Made by a program: the position numbers and the translations under genes. From the NCBI RefSeq assembly GCF_006345805.1, contig NC_042998.1, forward strand, positions 179,862,001 to 179,926,000: a stretch of DNA of 64,000 bases, given 5' to 3'. Below, one piece after another: positions 23,984 through 37,434 of the stretch. Source of the DNA: Octopus sinensis (lineage: Eukaryota). Below the pieces are notes generated by a model. The model searched no databases. It saw only the letters and a list, made by a program, of their open reading frames with translations, and was not told where the DNA came from. How positions within the stretch are numbered: position 1 is the stretch's first letter; each line of letters opens with the position of its first letter.

Positions 23984-25856
23984 ATGTATATATGTGAGTG
24001 TGTGTGTATATCTATGTATGTGTGTATGCGTGTGTGTATATGTATATAAATGTGTGTATATGTATATGTATGTATACTATAAATATTGTAGACAATGTTG
24101 TGTGTATATGTATGTATATGGCTGTTTTGTTACTACCAGTGCTCCCACGGTCAAATACAAACACTCATGAGTGTAGGTTAATTACAATGACTAAAGAAAA
24201 ACTAATCGTTCTAAAAAATATTGATTTTTCAACTTTTTCTAAAATCCATTGTTTCATCTTGTTTTCGCTGTATATGTAGATAACAGCTATTATTTTATGA
24301 TCAACTTTATATGTATTTGCTTGTGTACGTGTGTGTGTGTGTGTGTGTGTGTGTGCATGTGTGTGTGCATGTGTGTGTGTGTGTGTGTGCGCGTGTGTGT
24401 GCGCGAGCATGTACACCTATATGTATGTGCGAAAACATTGCGTACAGCATAGCTTTTTCATATTAAACAGTGCATTTGTTATGATACCTATAATATAGAT
24501 AAAATAATATACGGAAAGCATATAGCGTACTTAATTCCATACCAAGTAAGTAACTATATGCAATGAACTATAACTAACATAGACAGACGCACAGCTACCC
24601 ACAGGCACACATATACACGCTCCTTACCCCAATGTGCATTCGTACAACACGACCAGATTTTGTCTTTAGCGTTAAGTGCGTCACGCTCCTATCTGGTAAA
24701 GGTATCAGACAGTTAACTCTGATTTCAATGCTAAAGTGAATAGATCTCGTTAGAATTAATTAATTGATTTCATAGACCACAATCAAACCACTTGCTATGG
24801 CTAGAGCATAACGTTGGAAAATGTAGTGTTTAGAACCTTATATAAGTGTCTCAGTCATGCTGGAGTACCGCCTTGGAGCATATAGTAGAAGAAATATACC
24901 TCAGTTCTTATTTTTTAAACAAGACTGCTTGCTATTTATTCTGTCGCGCTATTTTTCCCGAACCGAAGTTACGGGGACGCGAAATTTTTTTCCCACGAGA
25001 GTTCCGGACCCCAGTAACGAACTGATTTGCATACAGCCAATCACAGTTCACCTTGAAAATCCACATACTGTGTACTACTACAATACAACCCGTCAGGCAT
25101 AGAACTGTGTATGCCACTCTGTGAATACAGCATTGTAGGTCTCACATAAGCACCACATAGCCCCCCCCCATCCTCACCACCACCATCCTCACAGATCAAT
25201 TGAGCACCATGTCTATATGGAGCTAATATTAGGTACCTACACTCAGACTGAGATTAGTGATACTGCATGTATCCATTGATATATGCAAGGAGGGCGCAAT
25301 ACAACACAACACCATATTAATTATGATGTTTCCAGATCAACACCAACATTTTAAATTAGGAATGTACAAAATCAGCCAAAAAATTAGGAAACTACACTCA
25401 TTTACATTTTCTAGTAAATTACACAAATTGGCAACACTTCTGGCATCATCGGTGAGCAGCTCTCCATTCACTTTATACACTAAATTCCACATTTGTCATC
25501 CCTATTAACCTGTTTAGAGCAGTTAGATTTTGCTACAACGCACATTTTGCACTTAGCCCAATTTTTCGTGAGAATTTTCGTGACTAGGTGGACACTAGTT
25601 CGATAGTTGAGCACTGATTGACTGTATGCAAATGAGTTCATAACTGGGAAAAAAATTTCGTGGAAAAGACTATTGCTATCAGGACATGCGCAAATCAACA
25701 CTGGTTGTCAAGCAGTGGCGGTGGGGACAAACATTAAATAGAAAGGCACGTGCACATGGATATAAACACCTAGGCGCATCTATCTACGTGTGTGCGTGCG
25801 TCTGTATGTACACACACACACACAAATATATATAGGGATATATATAAAGATGTAGG

Positions 25857-26254
25857 CGGAGGCGTGACTGTATGGTAAATAGCTTGCATCCCAACTACAT
25901 GGTTCTAGGTTCAGTCTCCATTCGTGGCATCTTGAGCAAGTATCTTCTACTAAGGCCTCGGGCAGACCAAGTCCTCGTGAGCGAAATAATCTCGTCGTAT
26001 ACATATATATATATATGTGTGTGCGTGTGTGTGTGTATGTGTGTACATGTGTGTGCGCGCGCGTGCCGGTTCACCTACATGAATGTATGTATGTATCTAT
26101 CTGTCTATCGATCTGTGTGTCCATCAATCTACCTATGTGTGTACGTGAGTGTATGTGTGCATGTATGTGTATACAGACACAGGTACAGACACAAATATAT
26201 GTGGATATACACGCACACATATATTTATATGTAGTAATGTATATATATATATAT

Positions 26255-26285
<31 letters not shown>

Positions 26286-26450
26286 TGTATGTATGTATAT
26301 ATATATGTGTGGTGTGAGTATGTTTGTGTGTCTGTATTTGTTACCCCAGCATCATTTGACAGCCGATACTGGTGTGTTTATGTCCACGTAACTTAACGGT
26401 TCGGGTAAAAGAGACCGATAGAATAGGTACTAGGCTTACAAAGAATAAGT
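25857..26450 (+). mobile_element. SINE C split by a ~330-bp internal microsatellite
   Basis: Head at 25857-25990; tail fragment aagagaccgatagaataggtactaggcttacaaagaataagtc. Confidence 0.75.
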
Positions 26451-26504
26451 CTGTGTGAGTATGTGTGTGTGTGTGTGACCGCGTGTGTATCGTTGGTGAT
26501 TTTA

Positions 26505-26690
26505 TTTCTCCGTCTTCCCTTCCTTGGACCTTTCCTTTTCCTATGTTTCTGACGAAGAGCTCCGCTCGAAACGTTAAATCCTCCTTCTTTCTTTCCTTTC
26601 CTGAGCGTCCCATAACACTATACATGTTCCACTTCCTCGGGTTGTTGTTTTTTCTCCTTGTTCATAGTTAAATTAACAATATATATATAT
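26505..26690 (+). mobile_element. Penelope-like terminal repeat
   Basis: Contains ctgacgaagagctccgctcgaaacgtt; paralogue at 23340-23520. Confidence 0.65.
26545..26579 (+). ncRNA. Minimal type I hammerhead ribozyme motif
   Basis: CTGACGA (26549-26555), stem II gagc/gctc, GAAA (26568-26571), CG-T-T, and a short stem I gttt/aaat. Confidence 0.5.
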
Positions 26691-26878
26691 ACATACATAA
26701 TAATAAATATTAGGGAATAAATCCAAATTTACAGGGAAAATCAGATTTAGGATTGAATCCAATTTATAGTAAAATATTATATAATATTAATTAGGACAAA
26801 ACACTATTTTGCAAATCAACAAAGAAAGACTTAATCCATACATAAAAAAAATTTATATAAATTAATAAATTATAATCG

Positions 26879-26924
26879 CCACTACAATTGTTTCATGTCT
26901 CTTCTCAGGACATTCATCAGGTGG
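26879..26924 (-). ncRNA. Minimal type I hammerhead ribozyme (mirror copy)
   Basis: Exact reverse complement of 26984-27029. Confidence 0.8.
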
Positions 26925-26983
26925 ATTTCAGATCTTCTATTCTATTTTTAAAATATTTTAAAATAGAATAGAAGATCTGAAAT

Positions 26984-27029
26984 CCACCTGATGAATGTCC
27001 TGAGAAGAGACATGAAACAATTGTAGTGG
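26984..27029 (+). ncRNA. Minimal type I hammerhead ribozyme
   Basis: Stem I ccac/gtgg; CTGATGA 26988-26994; stem II atgtc/gacat; GAAA 27014-27017; stem III A-C/G-T with palindromic AATT loop; predicted cleavage triplet GTA (after 27025). Confidence 0.8.
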
Positions 27030-27431
27030 CGATTATAATTTTATTTAATTTATATTAAAATTTTTTTATGTATTGGATTAAGTCTTTCTTTGTTTGATTT
27101 GCAAAATAGTGGTTTTGTCTCTAATTAATATTATATATATATATACATAGATAAAACTTACTTGGAGAACAGAAAGGAAACGAAACGAAGGGACAGCTGA
27201 TGAAGGGGAATTTTCCTTGTGTTGTTTTTCTTGTACTCTGTTTTTTCGTCGTTAAAAAAGGTCCGTTTCCATGTTTGTTTTTACGTTTTCGTTTCTCGTT
27301 GAGTTCTACGTCTATTTGTGGTGTCATGTACTCACATATATATAATTATACATGCATGTATATATACATGTAGATGTAGGTACGTACATATATGTATGTA
27401 TGTATACATATATTTTATTTATTAAATATAC

Positions 27432-27465
<34 letters not shown>

Positions 27466-27929
27466 TTGTATATAATATGGATGCATTTTTGAGGCTCTTG
27501 TTCTGAAAGGGGTGATAAGTAATCTATATAGAAAAAATATTGATTCAGTCTTAAAACTAATTCAATACATCTAATATATATTACAAAATACTGCCTTGAA
27601 AATAGGTACATTTATTATTATAGTTATTCTATACTCATACAAATATTTTACACCGGTTTGTTTTGCATTTCATCTGTAATTTATTATACGTCAAATTAAT
27701 TACTTTTTTAAAAGAATTATTTTTCTAAGCATTTATTTTAGTACTGCGTTAATGTTTTTAATCCGATGAATTATTTGAAATTTCATTTTTATAATTTATT
27801 ATGATTAAGTATTTGTTATTTCCATTTATATTTAATTAATATTTAATTTCATGTTCAAATTGATATATTTATTCTCTTGAACTTCTATTCTTTGATGGCT
27901 AATAAAGGAAAAAAGAAAACAGGAACAAA

Positions 27930-28635
27930 GCAATCATCATCATCATCTTCATCGTCATCCTCATCCTTAGCTGCATCATCATCATCATCATAATCATCAA
28001 CAACAACGTCCACCATCTCCTCATCATGAACATGATCATTATCCTCATCATCACCATCAGCAGCAGCAGCATCATCATCAGAGTCATAATCGTGTTCGTC
28101 GTCATCCACTTCGTCAAGATCATAATCGTCGTCGTCGTCGTCATTATTATCATCGTCCTCTTCCTCCTCCTCCTCCTCCTCCTCATCATCATCATCATCA
28201 TCATCATCATTGGCTGTGGGGTGATGGAATTAATAATGCACTTAAAAAAAAATATGCTTCCTTCTTTTATTTAGTTACGTCTCTTTAAATTCTGGTTGGA
28301 ATCGCTTCGTGGTCGACTTAACCCTTCATTCTTATGGGTAAATAACATAAAGTACCAGTCAAGCACTGTGGGAACGATTCGAAAGACTGTTCGTTTCCAT
28401 AAAATTATGTGCGCTAGTATATATATAACTTACAAAGAAATGTTCTTCTTCTTCTTCTTCTTCTTCTTCTTCTTCTCTTCTTCTTCTTCTTCTTCTTCTT
28501 CTTCTTCTTCTTCTTCTTCTTTTTCTTTTTCTTCTTCTCCTTCCTCTTCTCTCCCCCCTCCTTCTTCTTCTTCTTCTTCTTCTTCTTCTTCTTTTTCTCT
28601 TCTTCTTCTCTTATTATTATTATTATTATTATTAG
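27930..28635. repeat. (CAT)n cryptic and (CTT)n/(TTA)n microsatellites
   Basis: Read directly from the sequence. Confidence 0.9.
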
Positions 28636-28642
28636 TATTATA

Positions 28643-29078
28643 AAGGTGACAAGCTGGGAGAATCTTTAGCACGCTGGACGAAATGCTTAGCGGTATTTCG
28701 TGCGGAGAGCTGGCAGAAACGTTATCACGTCGGGCGAAATGCTTAGTGGTATTTCGTCTGCCGTTACATTCTGAGTTCAAATTCCGCCGAGGTCGACTTT
28801 ACCTTTCATCCTTTCGGGGTCGATAAATTAAGTACCAGTTACGCACTGGGGTCGATGTAATCGACTTAATACCTATGTCTGTCCTTGTTTGTCCCCTCTA
28901 CGTTTAGCCCCTTGTGGGTAATAAAGAAATAGGTATTTCGTGCGTTCTTTATGTTCTGAATTCAAATTCCACCGACTTCGACTTTGCCTTTCATTCTTTC
29001 GGTTTCGATGAGATAAGTACCAATCGACCACCCCTTCTCCTAAATTTCAGGTCTTGTGCCTATAGTTGAAAGGATTTT
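28643..29078 (+). mobile_element. SINE A2 host with SINE A1 nested at 28705-28931
   Basis: TSD ggtatttcgtgcg (28692-28704 / 28932-28944). The host resumes after it and ends with the A2 tail. Confidence 0.85.
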
Positions 29079-29092
29079 TATAACAATGACAA

Positions 29093-29310
29093 AGGCGGTG
29101 TGTTTCGGAGAATCGTTAGCATGCCGGGCAAAATGCTAAGAGTTACGTCCCTGTAACTTAGCGGTTCAGCAAAAGAGACCGATAGAATAAGTACTAGGCT
29201 TACAAAGAATAAGTCCTGGGGTCGATTTGCTCAACTAAAGGCGGTGCTCCAGCATGGCCACAATCAAATGACTGAAACAAGTGAAAAAGAGTAAAGAGAG
29301 TAAAAGAGTA
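29093..29310 (+). mobile_element. A-type head joined to SINE C 3' half
   Basis: gaatcgttagcatgccgggcaaaatgct followed by gtccctgtaacttagcgg...gactgaaacaagtgaaaaagagta. Confidence 0.65.
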
Positions 29311-29643
29311 TAATTAAATAATGGTTGAGAACCCCTGCTCTAGAATAATAGGCCACTGCATTATCTTAAATATATTATACACATGTGCACTCAGAGTACT
29401 AGATGTTATGAATCATTTTCTCTGAAAAATACGGAGCACGCAACACCTGGACATGTTGTAAGAAGACAATAAACGCCGAGTATTCTTGCCACATTTACAA
29501 CGAATTTCAGAGAGTCAAGCACTCTCATAGAATATTCTTCTGAAATAAAAACCATAAATGTCATATCGACATTTCGACTAAACATTTCTCGTTTTCAAAT
29601 TCAGTTTTGCCGGTCTGTGTATAACCTGCATTTTTCTCTGTTA

Positions 29644-29693
<50 letters not shown>

Positions 29694-29914
29694 CCCCTCT
29701 CTATCCTGCCGATGATATCACGCATTTAATTTTAAACATGAGTCTGCTCAGAACACGATTTCATTTTAGAAAAACTTTTTATAAATATATGTATTCATTT
29801 CAATATTCATAGCCAGTGTATCTATTTTAGAGTCTTGTCGTCTTAGTCATCTTTATATTTCAAAATATTATAGGTTTAAACATGAATATATCTTCATATT
29901 TATCGAGTTCTCAT

Positions 29915-30215
29915 ACATACACACACGCATACATACATACATACATACATACATACATACATACATACATACATACATACATACATACATACACACACAT
30001 ACATACATACATGCATGCATACATACATACATACATACATAATACAGACATGCATACATACATACGTACATACATACATGCATACATACATACATGCATG
30101 CATGCATGCATACATACATACAAACGTACATACATACATACATGCATACATACATATATACATACATACATGCATACATACATACATACATACATACCTA
30201 CATACATACATACAT
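29915..30215. repeat. (CATA)n microsatellite
   Basis: Read directly from the sequence. Confidence 0.95.
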
Positions 30216-30900
30216 ATATACAAATAATTCTTGACATTGATGAATGTATAACATGCGAAGGTACCGTGAACGAAAATAGTGACTGGCGAATATTACACTG
30301 GTCTTAGAAAATATAGTTATCGGAGTTCTACTTTTACAAAACAACATCCCACAATGCATTTGAAGCACCAGTAACGATATCAATATTCGGGATCTTTGAA
30401 TTATCTGTTGAATAAATTCACTCCATAGACAGTAAAACCCCCAAGATCCACGCCGCCTGGAAATTTCCACAGAAACTGTGATATCATCAGGCTATACCCA
30501 AGAAGAGATCAAGGAAAGCGAAGCTTAAGATTAATACATACAGCCTTCGAATAGTATATGCAAGACAGCGGCAAAATAAATATATAAATCAACCGCTGAA
30601 AAGCGACGTGAACAACATCGTATGTGTCGTCACTAAGCTTCTCAAGGAGTACTCTCTTCTTGACAATATCCCGTACAATCGTAAAACAGCTGGGCTAACA
30701 TACCTCAAGGAAGACCCGAACGGGAAACTTCAGCCTTACCATAGGCATGGCTATGTTTCTCGAAGGCTTGAATATGAAGACTATGTGTTTGCAATCCAAG
30801 AGTAAGAGATTGCAACAAAATAGCTAATAAACAAGAAAAACAAAAAGACACTGTAGGCACTGAGGGCCCATTGTGCAACCAAATATGTCGTTTATGTCAC
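30215..30900 (+). mobile_element. Degenerate RLE-type LINE fragment (late RT to zinc knuckle)
   Basis: ILDIDECITCEGTVN (YLGIDE-like); NFHRNCDIIRLYPRRDQG; HGYVSRR; YVFAIQE*EIATK; CNQICRLC. Confidence 0.75.
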
Positions 30901-31587
30901 ATTTCGAACAAACACTTCCGCGCATGCGTAATACAATAATGGTGATGTTCTTAACTGATATATGGGAATGTAAATATATTTGCAAATTGTTTTTGTCACA
31001 TGTTATTCTGTGTTCTGAATACTTTTATTTTAATAAATGTTGCTTACTGCAAGTTATGGATGATTCTTTTATGACTTCATTGCTTTCAGGCTTAGCTTAA
31101 GGTATTTTCGCACCCGATATCACAAAATGCGTCTGAATAAATATTGCCGGACAGCAAATAGAGACTCGGACATTGCTTAGAAAATATTTTCCATTTTTAA
31201 CCTCGTATATAGTACGCACGAGGGATTTTGACCATAAAACGTTGGGAAAAAATGCGGATTATATTCGAAGATTTACGATACAATATGTGAGCGGAGCAAT
31301 AAAAGTATACAAGACTTTTTTTAAGTCCCGTATGTGACGTTATTTTCATTCCAATGATGGAGCATTGTGCTTCAGTTAGAAACTAGATCCTTCCTTACAC
31401 GGAGGCTTCGAATGCACAAAAATAGGGGACAAAGCACGCTCTCATGCACATACACACGCACACACACACGTAAGCACGCTCGTATGCACACACTCATTAT
31501 AAGAGACTTATAATTTGCTAGGACTATTATAATCAATCTATCGATCTATCAATCGATCTATACATGTGTATATAGAAATATATGATC

Positions 31588-31622
<35 letters not shown>

Positions 31623-32139
31623 ATATATATATACATACACACATATATACACACACATTTAAATAAATACGAATATATATGTATCTGCATATATACATAC
31701 ATACACATATATGTAGTATGTATATATGTAATAAACGTGACACACACACACACAAATACACCTTTGTATATGCACTAAATCTTTTCATTTCACTGCGATC
31801 TCCAAACGAGTTATACATGCAGGAGAGCGAGAGAGAGAGAGATGGGGAGAGAAATGCTTGTGTGTGTGTATGTGTGTATATAATCAGAAAGTTGCAGTAA
31901 AGTGACAAACGACACATATAATACCGGAAATTCATGTAACAGTGGACTGTCACGCTCAGTTGGGTCTCTCTCCTTCTCTCGCTCTCTCTTAATCTGCCGC
32001 TACATATTCTCTCTCACTCTTTCCCTCATCCACCCCGTTTCTCTTTATCTTCCCTCCAAGCTATCATAAATATCCCAGTTCCTGCAGCTATCTCTGCTCG
32101 CTGACTTGCAGGAGATACTGCCTTGACTGGTGAAGAACT

Positions 32140-34125
32140 GTTGCCAGTAGAGAAACACGGACTTTAGCAATCTCTCCCCCCCCCCCAACGACAGCAGCAA
32201 TAGAAGCAATACCATCACCATCATCACCATCGCTGTCACTACTAACACCACCACCAATAAACCTCCACAACGACGAACACTACCGCCATTATCATCATCA
32301 GCTGCAGAAGTAAAACTACCATCACCACGTTCAACGCCGCAGACACGACCATCATCATCACCATCACCACCATCACCACAATCACCACCACCAACAGCAA
32401 CCCCCACCACCACCACCACCACCACCAGTACCATTATCATCATCAACATCAACAACAGCAGCCGAACCACCACCACAAGACCCATCACCACCACCACCAC
32501 CACCAATACGGCCACCACAGCCACCACCGCCACCACCGCCACCACTACCACCATCGCAACAACCACCACCACCAAGACCACCTCCACCTCCACCATCATC
32601 TGCACCACTACGCTATGGCACAACGACCACTACTACCGCCGCCACACTTACCACCACTACCACCACCTCTACCATCACCACTACCTCTACCATCACCGCT
32701 ACCGCCACCACCGCCTATGCCTACTCTCCCTCCCCCACCACACTCAAACAGAAATCAGTTTAACCACTCTGACAGAAATGACATCCCAATCACTTAATTT
32801 CGTTGAATCGATATAAATAACGTTATCATTACCATGTAAATAACCATACCGTTACCAACGCTGCCATTATCATTACCACCTTTTACTACTACCACCACCA
32901 CCACTACAACCACTACTCCCCACCACCACCACCGCTACCACCACTCATGACCCCGACGACGACGACCACCACGACAACTACTATCACCACCAAAACATCT
33001 ACCACAACCACCACCACCACCACCAAAACCACCGCCACCAAAACCACCACCACCACAACCACCACCACCACAATCATCAACACTACAGTCACCACGCCAC
33101 AACCGCCACTATTCACACCACTAAGAACATCAACATCATCACCACTATCTCCATCACCATACCATCTGCAACATCAACATTTCCATCAGTGCAAACCATC
33201 GTACTACCACTACACAAACACCGACACTAACTACGAGCACCAGCGCCGCCAATACCACTACCACCACCACCACCACACCACCACCACCACCAATACCACC
33301 AACACTACTACCACTCAAACTGACACCAGTACAAATACAACCGCAAGTAGTAAGAGTAACAGCCCCCCCCCCACTAACGCACTATTAACAACTTTTACTA
33401 CTACCGCCACTAACATTACCATCTCAGCTACCCCTTCCCCCATTGCTACCACCATCCCAAACAGCTAACCACATCCACCGACAACGCGACCACCCAGACT
33501 ATCACTGTTTCCCTTGTTACTGATATGTAAATGAGAAATGAAGGGTATCTTGTGGAGAAAAGATCGCTATCTTTGGTTCTTCCTTTTCTCTCGAGAAAGG
33601 ATCTCTACTTCGGAGCAGCAGCAAAAGCAGCAGCAGTAGCAGCAGCAGCAGCAGTAGCAGCAGCAGCAGCAATGAGTGTAGCAAAAACAAGAACCAGAAC
33701 AGTTCTATAGCAACGATGAAAACAGCAATATCTCATGGAACAACAACAAACGAATAAACAAAACAGTCACAGCAGCATCCGACACAAGACCATCAACAAT
33801 GAGGTCTTATAGAGTAACAACAGCGACGTTTTAATACAACAGCAACAGCAACAACAATAACAACAACAACAACAACGACGACAACAACAACAACAACAAC
33901 AACAGCAGCAAGAGCTACAATAAGAAATACAACAACAACAAGAATTCTCAACAAGAACTACAGCAACAAACAGCAATGGCTGCAGCTTCCGGTGTAACAC
34001 AATCAACCACGACGTCGTACAGAGCTAACAACACCAACATCTATTGCTACAACAACAACAACAAGAACAACAACAACAACAACGTCAGTAAACGACGAGG
34101 ACGACAACTATAATATCCTAAACGC

Positions 34126-34156
<31 letters not shown>

Positions 34157-34420
34157 AGCAAAAATCAACGACAGCAGCAACAATAACAACAATAACAGCG
34201 ACAACAACAACAAGGACAACAGTTTTAACAAAAGCTAGGGTAAAATTAAGAACGGCAGCAACAACAACAGCCACAAGAACGATTGCAAAAACAACAACAA
34301 AAGGCAGCAAGAACAAGCAACAATACTCAGAAGGACAACACGAGTTGCCATAGCAGCAGCATCTGCTGTAATAGCTGCACAAAACAACAATAACAACAAC
34401 AGGAGCAAGAAAGCACAAGA
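32140..34420. repeat. Long cryptic (CAC/ACC)n then (CAG/CAA)n low-complexity tract
   Basis: Read directly; the poly-T/P/V ORFs over it are artefacts. Confidence 0.9.
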
Positions 34421-34551
34421 CCAAAAGGTACATCACCGTTATCAATCTAGATACAAATGTAATTGACTCTATACAAGTTGAGAAGAATAAATTATATCCC
34501 GAACAATTTTCTCTCTTTTCCCCCTCTCCCTTTCTGACACACACTCATATA

Positions 34552-34620
<69 letters not shown>

Positions 34621-34709
34621 TACATGCATACATGCATATGTGCACTTAAACACACACACACAACCACCTATAAAGTTTTCTAACACACATACAGGCACGC
34701 ATACACACA

Positions 34710-34741
<32 letters not shown>

Positions 34742-34909
34742 CGTACATACATGATACATACATATATAGATATATATATGTTGTGTGTATGATATGTAAA
34801 TATACATACACATTACATGCATACATTATATATATACATATACATATATGAATATATACATACATATATATATATATTTATATAGATATATATATATATA
34901 ACATATATA

Positions 34910-34953
<44 letters not shown>

Positions 34954-35189
34954 TATATATATTATATATATATATATATACATACACACACGCATATATA
35001 ATATGTAAAAGTACTTATACCTACAAGCATATATACATTATATGCATACATACACACTCGCGCATATACTTATACATGCATAACATGTCTCTTTGAATAT
35101 ATATATATATATATCTGTGCGCGTTGGCATATGTGCATTTGTATGTATATGCCTGTGCATGGATGCGTATCTATGCATGCCTTCCCTTC

Positions 35190-35467
35190 ATTCTTCTTCT
35201 TCTTCTTCTTCTTCTTCTTCTTCTTCTTCTTCTTCTTCTTCTTTTTCTCCTTCTTCTTCTCCTTCTTCTCCTTCTTCTTCTTCGCCTTCTTCTTCTTCTT
35301 CTTCTTCTTCTTCTCCTTCTTCTTCTTCTTCTTCTTCTTCTTCTGCTTCTTCTGCTTCTGCTTCTTCTTCTTCTTCTTCTTCTTCTACTTCTTCTCCTCC
35401 TCCTCCTCCTTCTTCTTCTTCTTCTTCTTCTTCTTCTAACTCTGCAGCCTTGCCACTGAACCTGCTG

Positions 35468-35508
<41 letters not shown>

Positions 35509-35520
35509 CGATGACGATGA
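35190..35520. repeat. (CTT)n and (AAC)n microsatellites
   Basis: Read directly from the sequence. Confidence 0.95.
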
Positions 35521-35853
35521 TGCTGCTGATAATATTTCATTTATTCCCCCCCTAATATCAGCGTAAAGAATTATTGATTAACGGTTAAATATCAGAACCC
35601 TTATCTTTAGAAAAAGGGATTTTATTATTGCAAAGAGAGCATAACACTGCTTCTCTCACAACATAGTTTGATATCGACTAGTATAACATTCATTGCTTTA
35701 CCTTATCACAGAAAGTAGTTGAATTATTGCCTACTACCGCCTTGACAATAGTCTAACATCTATTACACAGCGTAGTCTTATTGATTCCACCAATTGGCAC
35801 AAGTTCGTCCCGTTGTGGGTGAAGGGTTTAAATTTATGAATTGAATCTAATAT

Positions 35854-36234
35854 GGATGGAAGCACTCTGTCGGTTACGACGACGAGGGTTCCGGTTGATC
35901 CGAATCAACGGAACAGCCTGCTCGTGAAATTAACGTGTAAGGCTGAGCATCCACAGACACAGTGTACCCTTAACGTAGTTCTCGGGGATATTCAGCGTGA
36001 CACAGAGAGTGACAAGGCCGGCCCTTTGAAATACAGGTACACAGAAACAGGAAGTAAGAGTGAGAGAAAGTTGTGGTGAAAGAGTACAGCAGGGATCCAC
36101 AACCCTGCCGGAGACTCGTGGAGCTTTAGGTGTTTTCGCTCAATAAACACTCACAGCGCCCGGTCTGGGAATCGAAACCGCGATCCTATGACCGCGAGTC
36201 CGCTGCCCTAACCACTGGGCCATTGCGCCTCCAC
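35854..36234 (-). mobile_element. SINE B, full length
   Basis: TSD tgaatctaatat (35842-35853 / 36235-36246). Confidence 0.95.
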
Positions 36235-36484
36235 TGAATCTAATATAGGACTGGAGAGAATAAAAAGCATATTTAGTTTTGTAGTATAAATCCAGTATTA
36301 TTCTCTCGTAAAGCATGTTGAATTTTTGTTAGTTCTGTCTAACATAGGCTTAACATAGTGATCCCAATACTTAGCATCGTTGTACAATGGTGTATCACAA
36401 CTGCAAATGTTATCTCGTTGCGCCGATGAATATTTGGAATATAATGGTTTAAAATGTCCATATTAATATTCATGAGCGTCTTAA

Positions 36485-37230
36485 TGTGGCGTGATGGCAA
36501 AATTGTTAGCACACCGGGCAAAATGCTTAGCAGCATTCACTTTCTGAGGTAGACTTTGCCTTTCATCCTTTCGGGGCGTCGATAAATTAAGTACCAGTTA
36601 CGCACTGGAGTCGATGTGATCGACTTAATCCCTTTGTTTGACCTTGTTTGTCCTCTCTGTGTTTAGCCCCTTGTGAGTAGTAAAGAAATAGGCATTCACG
36701 TTCTGAGTTTAAATTCCGTCGAGGTCGACTGTGTCTTCCATCTTTTCGGTATCCGTTGAGCTTTGGGGTCGATGTAATCAACTTACCTTCTGCCCCCAAA
36801 TTTCTAGCTCTGTGTCAAATTTGAAACCAATATTTAAGGCGGCGAGCTGCAAGAATTGTTAGCACTCTGGGCAAAATGCTTAGCGGCATTTCTTCTGGCT
36901 CTAGATTCTGATTTCAAATTCTGCTGAGATCTACTTTGCCTTCCATCCTTTCAGGGTCAATAAAATAATACCAGTTGAACACTGGGGGTCGATGTAATTG
37001 CTACTGGCCTCATGCCAAAATTTGAAACCAAAATTCTTGAGCATCTTGAAAATGTTCTCCCTAAAATACGAACAAAGTATGATGTGAAGTGGCAGAATCG
37101 TAAGCATATCGGGCAAAATGTTAAGCGGCATTTCTTCTGACTCTATAAGTTTTAAGTTCAAATCCTTTTCAGGACCGATAAAAAAATGTGCCAGTCTAGT
37201 ACTGTGGTTGATGTAATTGACTTGTTCCCT
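36485..37230 (+). mobile_element. Cluster of A2 SINEs; the first carries a 5'-truncated A1 at 36541-36691
   Basis: TSD gcattcac (36533-36540 / 36692-36699). Further A2 heads at ~36837 and ~37085. Confidence 0.8.
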
Positions 37231-37380
37231 CATCTCAAAAACTGCAACGGACCGAAGTCCCATTCAGAGGAATGCAGTGATCTCGGTCACTTACACGCCA
37301 TCGAAACTGGGTAAACGGTTATTTGAGTCCTAGGGCTCAAAATAATTAAATATATATATATTACAAAATAATTTAGATAT

Positions 37381-37434
<54 letters not shown>

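Larger units (their letters stand above)
26778..27136. repeat. ~360-bp near-perfect palindrome (inverted Penelope-like terminal repeats)
   Basis: Centre at 26954/26955. The arms are reverse complements apart from a few indels. Confidence 0.92.

Noticed and set aside
27165-27215. ctgatgaaggggaattttcctt hammerhead-like motif
   Set aside because: The GAAA half of the core is missing.
27480-27611. FSRQYFV...CIELVLRLNQYFF resembling Penelope RT
   Set aside because: Too short and degenerate for a supported call.
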